NCBI GenBank assembly: GCA_964624635.1
Contig: CAZUXM010000010.1
Location: 3,462-67,461, forward strand
Length of the DNA: 64,000 nucleotides
Direction: 5' to 3'
Source of the DNA: an uncultured Candidatus Competibacteraceae bacterium
GTDB taxonomy: Bacteria; Bacteroidota; Bacteroidia; CAIKAF01
The position numbers were made by a program, and so were the translations under genes. The notes below the pieces were generated by a model that did no database searches, had not been told where the DNA came from, and saw nothing but the letters and a program-made list of their open reading frames with translations. Every line of letters starts with the position of its first letter. The stretch's first letter is position 1. Shown here in pieces: positions 55,664-64,000 of this stretch.

Positions 55664-56542
55664 TTATCTAAATCTCTTCTGTGATTCTTCTCTATATTCT
55701 TTTACTGATAAGCCAGTGTATTGTTTAAAGAATTTACTAAAGTGAGCAGGATCATCAAAATTTAACTGATAAGCAATTTCTTTACTCATCAAGTCTGTAT
55801 TAAACAATAATCGTTTTGCCTCAAGAATAATTCTTTCACGAATAATATCACTGGCATGTTTGGCCGAATAATGAGTGCATTCATTGTTCAACACCTTTAA
55901 ACTGGTATTTAATGCCTCAGCATATTGACCGGGCATATGCCATTCGCGGAACTTTTCCTCGAGTATTTTTTTGAATTTCGAAAACAATCTCCCTTCTGAA
56001 ATATTGTTGAGGTCATCTTTTTGAATACCCTTTTGCAAATAGTATTTATAGAGAATGATGTATATATATGATCTGATGGCCGGAGTACAATCTAAATTAC
56101 ATCCATTAATTTCATTATTAATGTGATCAATAAGGTTGTAGATTTTATAAAACTCAACAGGATTTAATACAATCGTTTCTGCTGTGTCTTTATGAGCCCC
56201 TAGTTTATTGATGAGGTCGATTAAATCCTGAGATGGTAAAACAAAGTTTTCTGTAAAAGTCACAACCTTCCCTTTTGAATCCTGGCTGCGGTTTACCTTA
56301 TGAATTTGACCAGGAAAAACAATATGTACACATCCGGGTTGAATAGAGTATGGGGTAAAGTCAATCAAATGTTCACCTGTACCCTGTTCAAATAAAAAGA
56401 TTTCATAATAATTATGCCGATGGGCCGTATTGGTGGGATAGCCGGTAGTATAATCAAGGCTTTCAATTTTAAAAGGCATCCCTAGGGTGTCAGCATCATC
56501 AAAATGATGTACAGGAATAATGGGGTCTGTTGTTGTACTCAT
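55664..56542 (-). CDS. AraC-family transcriptional regulator (cupin + HTH_18)
   Basis: N-terminal cupin-like ligand domain and a C-terminal double HTH (...IAYQLNFDDPAHFSKFFKQYTGLSVKEYR). Confidence 0.85.
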   Translation of the reverse strand: MSTTTDPIIPVHHFDDADTLGMPFKIESLDYTTGYPTNTAHRHNYYEIFLFEQGTGEHLIDFTPYSIQPGCVHIVFPGQIHKVNRSQDSKGKVVTFTENFVLPSQDLIDLINKLGAHKDTAETIVLNPVEFYKIYNLIDHINNEINGCNLDCTPAIRSYIYIILYKYYLQKGIQKDDLNNISEGRLFSKFKKILEEKFREWHMPGQYAEALNTSLKVLNNECTHYSAKHASDIIRERIILEAKRLLFNTDLMSKEIAYQLNFDDPAHFSKFFKQYTGLSVKEYREESQKRFR

Positions 56543-56593
56543 ACGTCGTGGGCTGTTTTATACAACGAATATATGTATAAAAATGTATAATTC

Positions 56594-57019
56594 CTACTCG
56601 TAAAAAACACGTCGTCCGAACCAATTCCCTAATAATGAGCAAAATACGATTATCACTAGTGTGGCCTTTGAGAAAAAATTATACAATAAAAAGTCCAGCC
56701 AATTGTCTTTTCCTACCCCAATATATGGATGAATAAGAAACGGAATCAATAACCATAGGTTATTTACAACGGCTAATAACCTTAATTTTTTTAATGGAAT
56801 CCCTGTATAACTCCAGAAGTAACTGGCAATAGAGGCGGATAAAGTAACCAAAGTAATAGTCCCCATTAATACCAATGCAATTCCTTGATTCAATTCCTGA
56901 ATATTACTGAACCACGGGTATAAAAAGGCACCAATGACCACCACCACCAAATTTGATACAATCATTCCTGAGGCAATGTATTTTTTTGAATGATTGATTG
57001 TATTACTCTTATTTTCCAT
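56594..57019 (-). CDS. Hypothetical membrane protein (4 TM)
   Basis: Four hydrophobic helices and no recognisable domain. Confidence 0.45.
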   Translation of the reverse strand: MENKSNTINHSKKYIASGMIVSNLVVVVIGAFLYPWFSNIQELNQGIALVLMGTITLVTLSASIASYFWSYTGIPLKKLRLLAVVNNLWLLIPFLIHPYIGVGKDNWLDFLLYNFFSKATLVIIVFCSLLGNWFGRRVFYE

Positions 57020-57051
57020 TGTGCTTATAACCTCACTTCGTTCAGTTCAAA

Positions 57052-57405
57052 TTAATAGGGTACAAAAATAAATCCGGCCTCCGATTCAGAAGCCACTACA
57101 AACAAACACATAAATTCCTTCACCGGTTTATATTGAGTAATAAAAAATCGGGCTTTATCTACCTGTATAATGCCGGCCTTGATTAGGTCTTCAGCAGTAC
57201 TGGCGTAAACAGACCATGTAGTGAGCAATTCTTCTTTATCAAGTATCAACTCTCCTATAGGAAATGCTTCTTTTGACGCAATAAACACTGGATAATCAGA
57301 TACGCCTTCGCCTACAATGGAGGTGGAGGCCTCCATGATAGGCTCTTTATAAATTTCAAGATCCTTTTGTAAACTATCTAAATATGCAGGCTTTTCGTTA
57401 CTCAT
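57052..57405 (-). CDS. Hypothetical cytoplasmic protein (117 aa)
   Basis: Clean ATG ORF with intergenic spacing consistent with an operon including the gene below. No domain recognised. Confidence 0.45.
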   Translation of the reverse strand: MSNEKPAYLDSLQKDLEIYKEPIMEASTSIVGEGVSDYPVFIASKEAFPIGELILDKEELLTTWSVYASTAEDLIKAGIIQVDKARFFITQYKPVKEFMCLFVVASESEAGFIFVPY

Positions 57406-57499
57406 AATAAAACTTACAGCAAAAGTAGAGATAATTTACTGCTGTACAAAATGTACAATTATTAAAAAATATTATTTATAAAACTAATATATATACGCA

Positions 57500-58267
57500 T
57501 CAAAAATTAGCCAGCGAGTTATGCCCTGCTTTAAGGAGAATTTCATTGGCTAATTTACTAGCCCCTATTCTCATTAATTGAGGTGTTAACCATTCAGACC
57601 CTAACTCTTCATCAACAATTTTACAATACTCTGTTGCTTGATCAACATTACCTACCCCACCAGAAATTTTTATTCCTCTTTTCAGACCCGTTTCTTTATA
57701 GAAATCTCTGATCGCTCCACATATTGCACGTGCTGCATGAGGTGTAGCCCCCACCGATGATTTACCGGTTGATGTTTTTACAAAATCAGCCCCTACGTGC
57801 AGAGCTAATGTTGACGCCCCGTAGATATTCTGATCTGTTTCTAGCTCACCGGTTTCAATGATTACCTTTAGTGTTCTACCGGCGCAAATCTCCTTCAATA
57901 ATTTTATTTCCACTCCACAATCTTCTAATTTTCCCGAAAGAAACAATCCTCTGTTAATGACCATATCAATTTCTGTAGCCCCCTTTTCAATAGCGGCATG
58001 TGTCTCCAACATTTTTACCTGAGTAAGGGTTTGTCCTGTAGGAAATCCACCCGAAACAGCAGCGAATTCGATAGGCAAAGTACGGGCATTTTCTTTTAAA
58101 ACTTGCACCCAATTGGGGTAAACACAAATAGATGCAGGTAAAAAGACTTCACCACTTTGTTCATATACCATTCGAACTTGTCGTGCTAATCCTATGATTT
58201 TAACCTCATCGTCTTTAGGGTCTAAGGTGGTAATATCAAGTAATGAATATAGTTGGTGTAATTGCAT
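57500..58267 (-). CDS. deoC: Deoxyribose-phosphate aldolase
   Basis: Class I aldolase with the Schiff-base Lys context DFVKTSTGK and the upstream ...EIDMVIN... motif. Confidence 0.85.
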   Translation of the reverse strand: MQLHQLYSLLDITTLDPKDDEVKIIGLARQVRMVYEQSGEVFLPASICVYPNWVQVLKENARTLPIEFAAVSGGFPTGQTLTQVKMLETHAAIEKGATEIDMVINRGLFLSGKLEDCGVEIKLLKEICAGRTLKVIIETGELETDQNIYGASTLALHVGADFVKTSTGKSSVGATPHAARAICGAIRDFYKETGLKRGIKISGGVGNVDQATEYCKIVDEELGSEWLTPQLMRIGASKLANEILLKAGHNSLANF

Positions 58268-58393
58268 GGATTTACATATAAGGCTGTGATGAATACAAAT
58301 AACGAAATTTTATGTATTGAAAAATGATAAATCACGTTAAAGATTCCTTAACGTATATATTGTAAATGTCCATATTGCTACCTTTGTTAGCTT

Positions 58394-60859
58394 ATGAAAA
58401 ATGCCCTGGTTGTATTCATTGCCGGATTTGTTAGTATAGGCTCCATTTTTTCGCAAATGAATGGGGGGGGGAATATGCCCGAATTTACATTACAGGGAAA
58501 AGTAATTGACGCTACCAACAATAAACCTATTCCGTTTGTTACCGTTTATCTTAAACACTTAAAAGATTCTACTTATTTCTCCGGAGGTCTGGCTAATGAT
58601 AGTGGTGAATTTATGATAGAACAACTTAGGCCCGGACCTTATCAGTTAAAAATTTCATTCATTGGTTACAAAAATTATATTGATACTGTTTTTCTAAAGC
58701 CACCCGATTCTAAAAAAGATATAGGAACCGTTGCTTTAAGCCCCGAGGCTACGGATATGAATGAATATACTTTTTCCGAAGAGAAACCTGATTTTCAACT
58801 GGGCATTGACCGCAAAATATTTAATGTAGATAAAAACAATATTGTATCCGGTGGATCTGCTTTAGATGTAATGAAACAAGTGCCTACCGTAACTGTAGAC
58901 GTAGATGGTAGTATTACCCTAAGGGGAAGTGGAAGTTTTGTAATTTTTATCAATGGTAAAACATCAGGAATTACTGCTGACAACAGAACACAAATTTTAT
59001 CACAGATTCCAGCCAGTAACATCGAAAGAATTGAATTGATTACAAATCCTTCTGCAAAATTTGATGCCGAAGGAATGACCGGTATCATTAACATTGTTAC
59101 TAAAAAAGCTTTGAGCGACGGTAAAAGCGGACAGGTGCAAATTGGTATTGGAACGGGTCATAAATATAATGCATCAGGTAGTTTTAACATGAGGGTGAAA
59201 AACTTCAGTATGAGTCATACATTGGGATTTCGTTATAACCAAAACTGGGTGGAAGGATTTAATTTAAGAACCAATACCCCTGATAGTTTTCCTGCCTACT
59301 CTATCAATCAATATTCTACAGGGCTTAAAATAGGTATTTCTCCTACCATCTCGGGAAATTTTGATTGGTCATTAAAGAAAGATCAATCACTTTCCATTAA
59401 TTACATGTTTAACTATAACCGAGGAATTACTCCTGATAGTGTAAAGTACCAATATCTCGATTCTGCCTCATGGATGACTCGTGATACCCGAAGAACCACC
59501 CTTGAATATGGTAACACTTATAGTGCCGACGGAGGTTTAAATTACACACGTAAGTTTAAAAAGGGCAACGATATCTTTGTTTCAACCAATATTAATTATA
59601 ATCATTTTCAGGAAGATGCTGCTTTTAACCAAAAAGAATTTACACTCCTCAATGAAACTGACACTAATTACAATCCATTGTTACAAAACAACTATCGCAA
59701 AGAGGCTTCGTTGGTTTCAGTAACTCAGGTTGATTATACTCATCCTTTCAAAGAAAAATTCAAATTTGAAACGGGTGGTAAAGTTACTATCCGTAATTCA
59801 ACCAATACATTAGTGGCCGACTCATTTGATTATGGCCTAGGAAGATTGGTCATTGATTCTTCTATCACAAATACATTCCATTATCTGGAAAATGTAAATG
59901 CTGTATATGGAACATTTACTGCTAATTTCAAAAAATGGGGTTTTATGGCAGGTTTACGTATTGAGCAAACCAATAGTTGGGGAACCCAGGAAATTACCAA
60001 TCAAAGTTTTAGTAAACATTATGTTAACTTCTTCCCTTCGGTATTTATCAATTATAAAATCAATGATAAACATCAATTACAATTAGCGTATTCACGAAGA
60101 ATTAATCGCCCCGGATTAGGACAGCTTAATCCATTTGCTGAATATGACGATCCCTTAAATATCAGAGTGGGTAATCCTAATTTGAATCCCGAAAACATTG
60201 ATGCAGTCGAATTAAATTACAGCATGTCATTAAAGAACCACAATTTAATTGCTACAGCTTATTTTCGTCATGTAGATGGTGTTACACAACGTTTTAGATA
60301 TCTTGATGGAGACGTTGCTGTTGTTACATTCTTAAATCTGGATAGAAGTATCAACTTCGGTGGTGAATTTGTAATTCGTAACAATTGGTTTAAGTGGTGG
60401 AACATGACCACTAATTTTAATATTTTCAGGAATCAGGTAATTGGTACATCACCTACCGGAAACCTAGAGGCTACTAACTTTAGCTTTAGTATTCGTAATC
60501 AACAAACTTTTAAAATGGCAAAAGTAGCTGAGTTACAATTGTCATTCCACTATATGGCTCCTATGACTATGCCACAAGGTTTAATGCGTGAAATGTGGAG
60601 TTTGGATGGCGCTATTAAGTTTGATTTATTCAAAAGCAGAGCCGCTTTAACTCTCAATGTATCAGATATTTTTAATACCAGACGGTTTGCCATTTACTCA
60701 TTCGACGATGATTTTTACGGTGATGTTTATCGTAAACGTGAATCAAGAATATTTACTGTTCAATTTACCTGGAAATTTGGTGACATCAACGGTCAAAACA
60801 ATAAAAAGAGAAACAATAACAACCAAGGTGGCGGTGGTGGAGATGATATGGGATTATAA
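58394..60859 (+). CDS. Outer-membrane beta-barrel protein, TonB-dependent-receptor-like (CarboxypepD_reg domain + plug + barrel)
   Basis: N-terminal GKVIDATNNKPIPFVTVYL (CarboxypepD_reg-like) and a plug region (GSITLRGSG..VIFINGK). The long barrel ends FTVQFTWKF, followed by a G/N-rich tail. Confidence 0.8.
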   Translation: MKNALVVFIAGFVSIGSIFSQMNGGGNMPEFTLQGKVIDATNNKPIPFVTVYLKHLKDSTYFSGGLANDSGEFMIEQLRPGPYQLKISFIGYKNYIDTVFLKPPDSKKDIGTVALSPEATDMNEYTFSEEKPDFQLGIDRKIFNVDKNNIVSGGSALDVMKQVPTVTVDVDGSITLRGSGSFVIFINGKTSGITADNRTQILSQIPASNIERIELITNPSAKFDAEGMTGIINIVTKKALSDGKSGQVQIGIGTGHKYNASGSFNMRVKNFSMSHTLGFRYNQNWVEGFNLRTNTPDSFPAYSINQYSTGLKIGISPTISGNFDWSLKKDQSLSINYMFNYNRGITPDSVKYQYLDSASWMTRDTRRTTLEYGNTYSADGGLNYTRKFKKGNDIFVSTNINYNHFQEDAAFNQKEFTLLNETDTNYNPLLQNNYRKEASLVSVTQVDYTHPFKEKFKFETGGKVTIRNSTNTLVADSFDYGLGRLVIDSSITNTFHYLENVNAVYGTFTANFKKWGFMAGLRIEQTNSWGTQEITNQSFSKHYVNFFPSVFINYKINDKHQLQLAYSRRINRPGLGQLNPFAEYDDPLNIRVGNPNLNPENIDAVELNYSMSLKNHNLIATAYFRHVDGVTQRFRYLDGDVAVVTFLNLDRSINFGGEFVIRNNWFKWWNMTTNFNIFRNQVIGTSPTGNLEATNFSFSIRNQQTFKMAKVAELQLSFHYMAPMTMPQGLMREMWSLDGAIKFDLFKSRAALTLNVSDIFNTRRFAIYSFDDDFYGDVYRKRESRIFTVQFTWKFGDINGQNNKKRNNNNQGGGGGDDMGL

Positions 60860-60863
60860 TATC

Positions 60864-63776
60864 CTAATCAAAAAATACTTCATCAATAAAAATAAATGAA
60901 GGCTCGCCTTCTCCAGGATGTCCTTTCGGTAAAGGACCAAAATCCTCTACTACTATTTTATAATATCGATAAGCGGGTTTATCAGAAATACTCAATTCGC
61001 ATGGTACTACTTTTATTTCATCTGTATTGATGATGCCATTTTCATGTAATACCATCGTTTTTAACAACGTAAAGTTGGTTTTATCATCTGATCCATATAC
61101 CTCAAATGCGTTGGGGAAAAATATCCATGAACGGTTATCCGCTAAAAATCTTGCTGTAATTTTAGTATGTGTATTTTTCTTCTTTGTATCTATAATCGCT
61201 TCCAAATCCTGACCTTGATATCCGTGCCAATATCCTTTTTTCCAATCAGGATCCCCGGTAACCCCATCCAATAAACCATCAGCACCACCGGCAAAATATT
61301 GAGCATTGGCCTTGCTTAAAATTTCAATGGAATAATCGTTGGGTTTTAAAAAACATTTTCCTTTCGCTTCTGCGCTGTTATTTCCGCTTAATCCAAATGT
61401 TGAATAAGCAGTAATGGTACAGGTAGATTTAACCTTAAACTTTTTGGTGTATTTACTTTTAACTTCTTTTCCGTTAGAATATTTAATGGTGTAAAAAGTT
61501 GAATTAACGGTTGGGTTATCACTTAAAATTTCAACCCATGTGTCTTTTTTAAACACTTTCGATTCAATTTTAATCACAGGAGCTTTTATGTAATTGGGAG
61601 CTTCTACTTTAGATGTATTTAAAATATTTCCTTCGGTAATTATTCCCGGGGTTGATTCGAATCTTAATAAACCACCATGCATGATTTCTTCATAAGAAAG
61701 ATATAGTCTATCGAGGGGTTCTCCATTCCAACTAATGCTGTTAATCTCTCCTTTATCGCGTTGTATTGATAGTACCAATCCGTTTTCAAGATGTACCGTA
61801 GCTGTTTGAAAATGTGGAACTGTTAATGTAAAATAGGGTGATCCGGGATTTACCTGATACAAACCTATAGCACTTAAAACATACCAGGCACTCATTTGTC
61901 CACAATCTTCATTACCACTTAAACCATCTTCTTTGTTCGAATAAAATTCGGTACGTATTTTTGAAACTATACTGTTTGTTTTTTTAAAATCACCTACGTA
62001 ATTATATAAATAAGCTACATGATGACTTGGTTCATTGCCATGTGCATATTGACCAATCAATCCGGTAATATCTGCCTGTTCTCTTCCCGTCATGGTTGAA
62101 CTTGTACCAAACAATGAATCTAATTTTTGGTGAAATTTCTCTTTACCTCCATATAGTTCTATCATACCTGCAATATCATGAGGAACAAAAAAACTGTATT
62201 GCCAGCCATTGGCTTCAGTATAATAATTATTTACCTGACGAGGATCGAAATCCGGCAACCAATCACCATTGGCTCTTGGCATAATAAATCCTATCTCACC
62301 ATTGAATAGATTTTTATATCCTAAGCTCACTTTTTCAAAATCAAGTGCTTCTTTTTCTCTTCCAGCCCATTTACAAATTTTACTCATACAATGGTATTGA
62401 TAACAATATTCCAATGTTTTTGAAACCGATTCGCTTTCATCTTCAATGGTAAGGTGGTTTTGTGAGTTCATTACTCCAATACCTCGGTAATTATCCATTT
62501 TAGCGGTAGCTACCATAGCATCACCTAATATGGTTTTGTACTGTTTATCAATTAATCCTTTGCTTATTGCATCTGCTATTACCGAAATAGAATGAATACC
62601 AATCATACAATCTGTCTCATTAGATGCTAACTCCCAAACGGGTAATCGTCCACCATCTTTAAATTGTTGTATAAAAGTTTGTACATAATCTTTTGTTCTG
62701 TTTTGATCGATAAGTGTATACAATGGATGTGCCGCCCTAAAAGTATCCCATAATGAAAATACAGTATAATAATCTCCTTCTTTGGTATGAACTTGTCCAT
62801 CCATGCCTCTGTATTTTCCATCTACATCATTCCATACATTAGGAACAATCATGGTATGATACAACGCGGTATAAAAAGTTTCATAATCTGATTTAGTATC
62901 TGCAGATACTTCAATTTTTCCCAATTCTTTATTCCAAAGTTGTCGTGCTTTGTCTTTGATGGATTTAAAATTCCATCCTGGATTTTCAGTTGTTAAATTA
63001 AGTTTTGCTCCTTCCACTCCAGTACCCGAAATGCCTACTTTTACCAATAGAGTATCATTAGTTTTTACATCAAAAAAGAAATTAGCACATAGTTGTTTTC
63101 CATTAATTTTTTTAAAACTACTTAGCTTAACACTATCATCCAATGCAATGGCTGAGGTGATTTTTCTGGAAAATTCTATGTAATAAAATATTTTTTGGTC
63201 TTTGGCCCATGCTTTACTGTAACGATATCCGGAGATTGTATGGTCATTAACGAGTTCAATTTCTCCATCCAATAATTGATCGCGGTGATTAAGATTCAAC
63301 ACCACCATAGCTTTATTTTTATCATGAAATATGTATTGATGAAAACCTGTGCGTTGTGTTGAAGTAAGATTTACCGTTACATCATTTCCCTTTAATTTAA
63401 CACTATAAAAACCCGCTTGGGCTACTTCTTCGGCATGATCGTACTTACTGGCATAATCACCACTTTTAAATGCTTCAGATAAATGGGTAACCGGCATTAA
63501 CATAACATCGCAATAATCACTGCAACCAGTTCCACTTAAATGGGTATGTGAAAAACCGTAGATAATTTTATCAGAATAATGATAACCTCCACATCCATCC
63601 CAACTATCATCAATTCGGGTATCAGGACTCAGCTGAACCATTCCATGCGGAACAGTGGCTCCGGGGTAAGTGTGTCCATGCCCTCCGGTACCAATCAACG
63701 GACGGACATAATCAGCATAATTTTGAGCAAATACGGTTTGAATAAATAACAGGAGGAGGGGTAAAAGGCGTTTCAT
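60864..63776 (-). CDS. GH92 alpha-mannosidase with C-terminal discoidin (F5/8 type C)-like domain
   Basis: YVRPLIGTGGHGHTYPGATVPHGMVQLSPDT and GFSHTHLSGTG GH92 hallmarks. Trimmed from 63836 to ATG 63776, giving the signal peptide MKRLLPLLLLFIQTVFAQ. Confidence 0.9.
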   Translation of the reverse strand: MKRLLPLLLLFIQTVFAQNYADYVRPLIGTGGHGHTYPGATVPHGMVQLSPDTRIDDSWDGCGGYHYSDKIIYGFSHTHLSGTGCSDYCDVMLMPVTHLSEAFKSGDYASKYDHAEEVAQAGFYSVKLKGNDVTVNLTSTQRTGFHQYIFHDKNKAMVVLNLNHRDQLLDGEIELVNDHTISGYRYSKAWAKDQKIFYYIEFSRKITSAIALDDSVKLSSFKKINGKQLCANFFFDVKTNDTLLVKVGISGTGVEGAKLNLTTENPGWNFKSIKDKARQLWNKELGKIEVSADTKSDYETFYTALYHTMIVPNVWNDVDGKYRGMDGQVHTKEGDYYTVFSLWDTFRAAHPLYTLIDQNRTKDYVQTFIQQFKDGGRLPVWELASNETDCMIGIHSISVIADAISKGLIDKQYKTILGDAMVATAKMDNYRGIGVMNSQNHLTIEDESESVSKTLEYCYQYHCMSKICKWAGREKEALDFEKVSLGYKNLFNGEIGFIMPRANGDWLPDFDPRQVNNYYTEANGWQYSFFVPHDIAGMIELYGGKEKFHQKLDSLFGTSSTMTGREQADITGLIGQYAHGNEPSHHVAYLYNYVGDFKKTNSIVSKIRTEFYSNKEDGLSGNEDCGQMSAWYVLSAIGLYQVNPGSPYFTLTVPHFQTATVHLENGLVLSIQRDKGEINSISWNGEPLDRLYLSYEEIMHGGLLRFESTPGIITEGNILNTSKVEAPNYIKAPVIKIESKVFKKDTWVEILSDNPTVNSTFYTIKYSNGKEVKSKYTKKFKVKSTCTITAYSTFGLSGNNSAEAKGKCFLKPNDYSIEILSKANAQYFAGGADGLLDGVTGDPDWKKGYWHGYQGQDLEAIIDTKKKNTHTKITARFLADNRSWIFFPNAFEVYGSDDKTNFTLLKTMVLHENGIINTDEIKVVPCELSISDKPAYRYYKIVVEDFGPLPKGHPGEGEPSFIFIDEVFFD

Positions 63777-63827
63777 GGAATAAAAATAGAAATATAGATA
63801 TACATTTGAATAACTCATTTGATTTAA

Positions 63828-64000
63828 ATGTATCATTTCAACGCAAAGATCAACATCATAGGAATTAATCCGTATGTATTGTTACCTAAACCCGTTTTAG
63901 ATGATATTTTTAAAGACTCCGGGAAAACCAAAGGACCCATACCGGTTACTATACAACTTAAGGACCAAACGTTTACTCAGACACTGGTAAAATATGCCGG
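63828..64000 (+). CDS. Partial ORF (3' end cut by window edge), DUF1905-like
   Basis: Hand translation MYHFNAKINIIGINPYVLLPKPVLDDIFKDSGKTKGPIPVTIQLKDQTF... resembles DUF1905 N-termini. Not in the ORF track because it is under 60 aa. Confidence 0.4.
   Translation, partial: MYHFNAKINIIGINPYVLLPKPVLDDIFKDSGKTKGPIPVTIQLKDQTFTQTLVKYA

Noticed and set aside
60770-60859. G/N-rich tail (NNKKRNNNNQGGGGGDDMGL) after the last beta-strand of the outer-membrane barrel - possible frameshift or fusion
   Set aside because: The frame is continuous and the barrel ends normally (FTVQFTWKF). As I recall, short low-complexity tails are common in this OMP family.
58394-63776. Possible polysaccharide utilisation locus (TonB-dependent-like OMP next to GH92)
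   Set aside because: The two genes are convergent, not co-oriented. No SusD-like gene follows the barrel protein, and the barrel resembles the generic OMP_b-brl_3 type rather than SusC.

Overview
AT-rich Bacteroidota chromosomal window. The phylum call rests on many T9SS sorting domains, a PorP/SprF gene, TAnnTTTG-type promoter boxes and Flavobacteriia-like synteny; it is inference only, and no species call is possible by eye. About 80% is compact housekeeping DNA: fumC (3' part), three rRNA methyltransferases, folA-thyA, recJ, hsp20, radA, panD/panC, glycogen synthase-DUF4270-glmS, rnc-fabF-acpP, rnr, lipB, an MscS-type channel, deoC, and GH1 and GH92 glycosidases. No rRNA, tRNA or CRISPR array was seen. 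The accessory part is ~7.3-20.2 kb and holds three things. (i) A T9SS type-B-CTD/PKD protein. (ii) Two tandem, diverged copies of a two-gene cassette: a small secreted protein with an NTG(D/N) motif followed within 8-20 nt by a giant T9SS type-A-CTD protein of 1338 or 1047 aa. The giants have conserved N- and C-terminal flanks and swapped central domains, including an HYR domain that appears split by unrelated inserts in each copy. (iii) A 2836-bp IS1595-family transposon with 23/24-matching 24-bp inverted repeats and an 8-bp target duplication (TAACATAT). It carries four passenger genes: an XRE-HTH regulator with two tandem TACAAC-N6-GTTGTA operators, a 77-aa ORF, a small T9SS-targeted secreted protein and a tightly linked 69-aa ORF. 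It sits 36 bp upstream of cassette B. These are the best candidates for undescribed biology. All functional readings are hypotheses made from the translated ORFs by eye, without database searches. The ORF track uses alternative start codons, so several N-termini were trimmed to the ATG that gives a signal peptide or a homology-consistent start.
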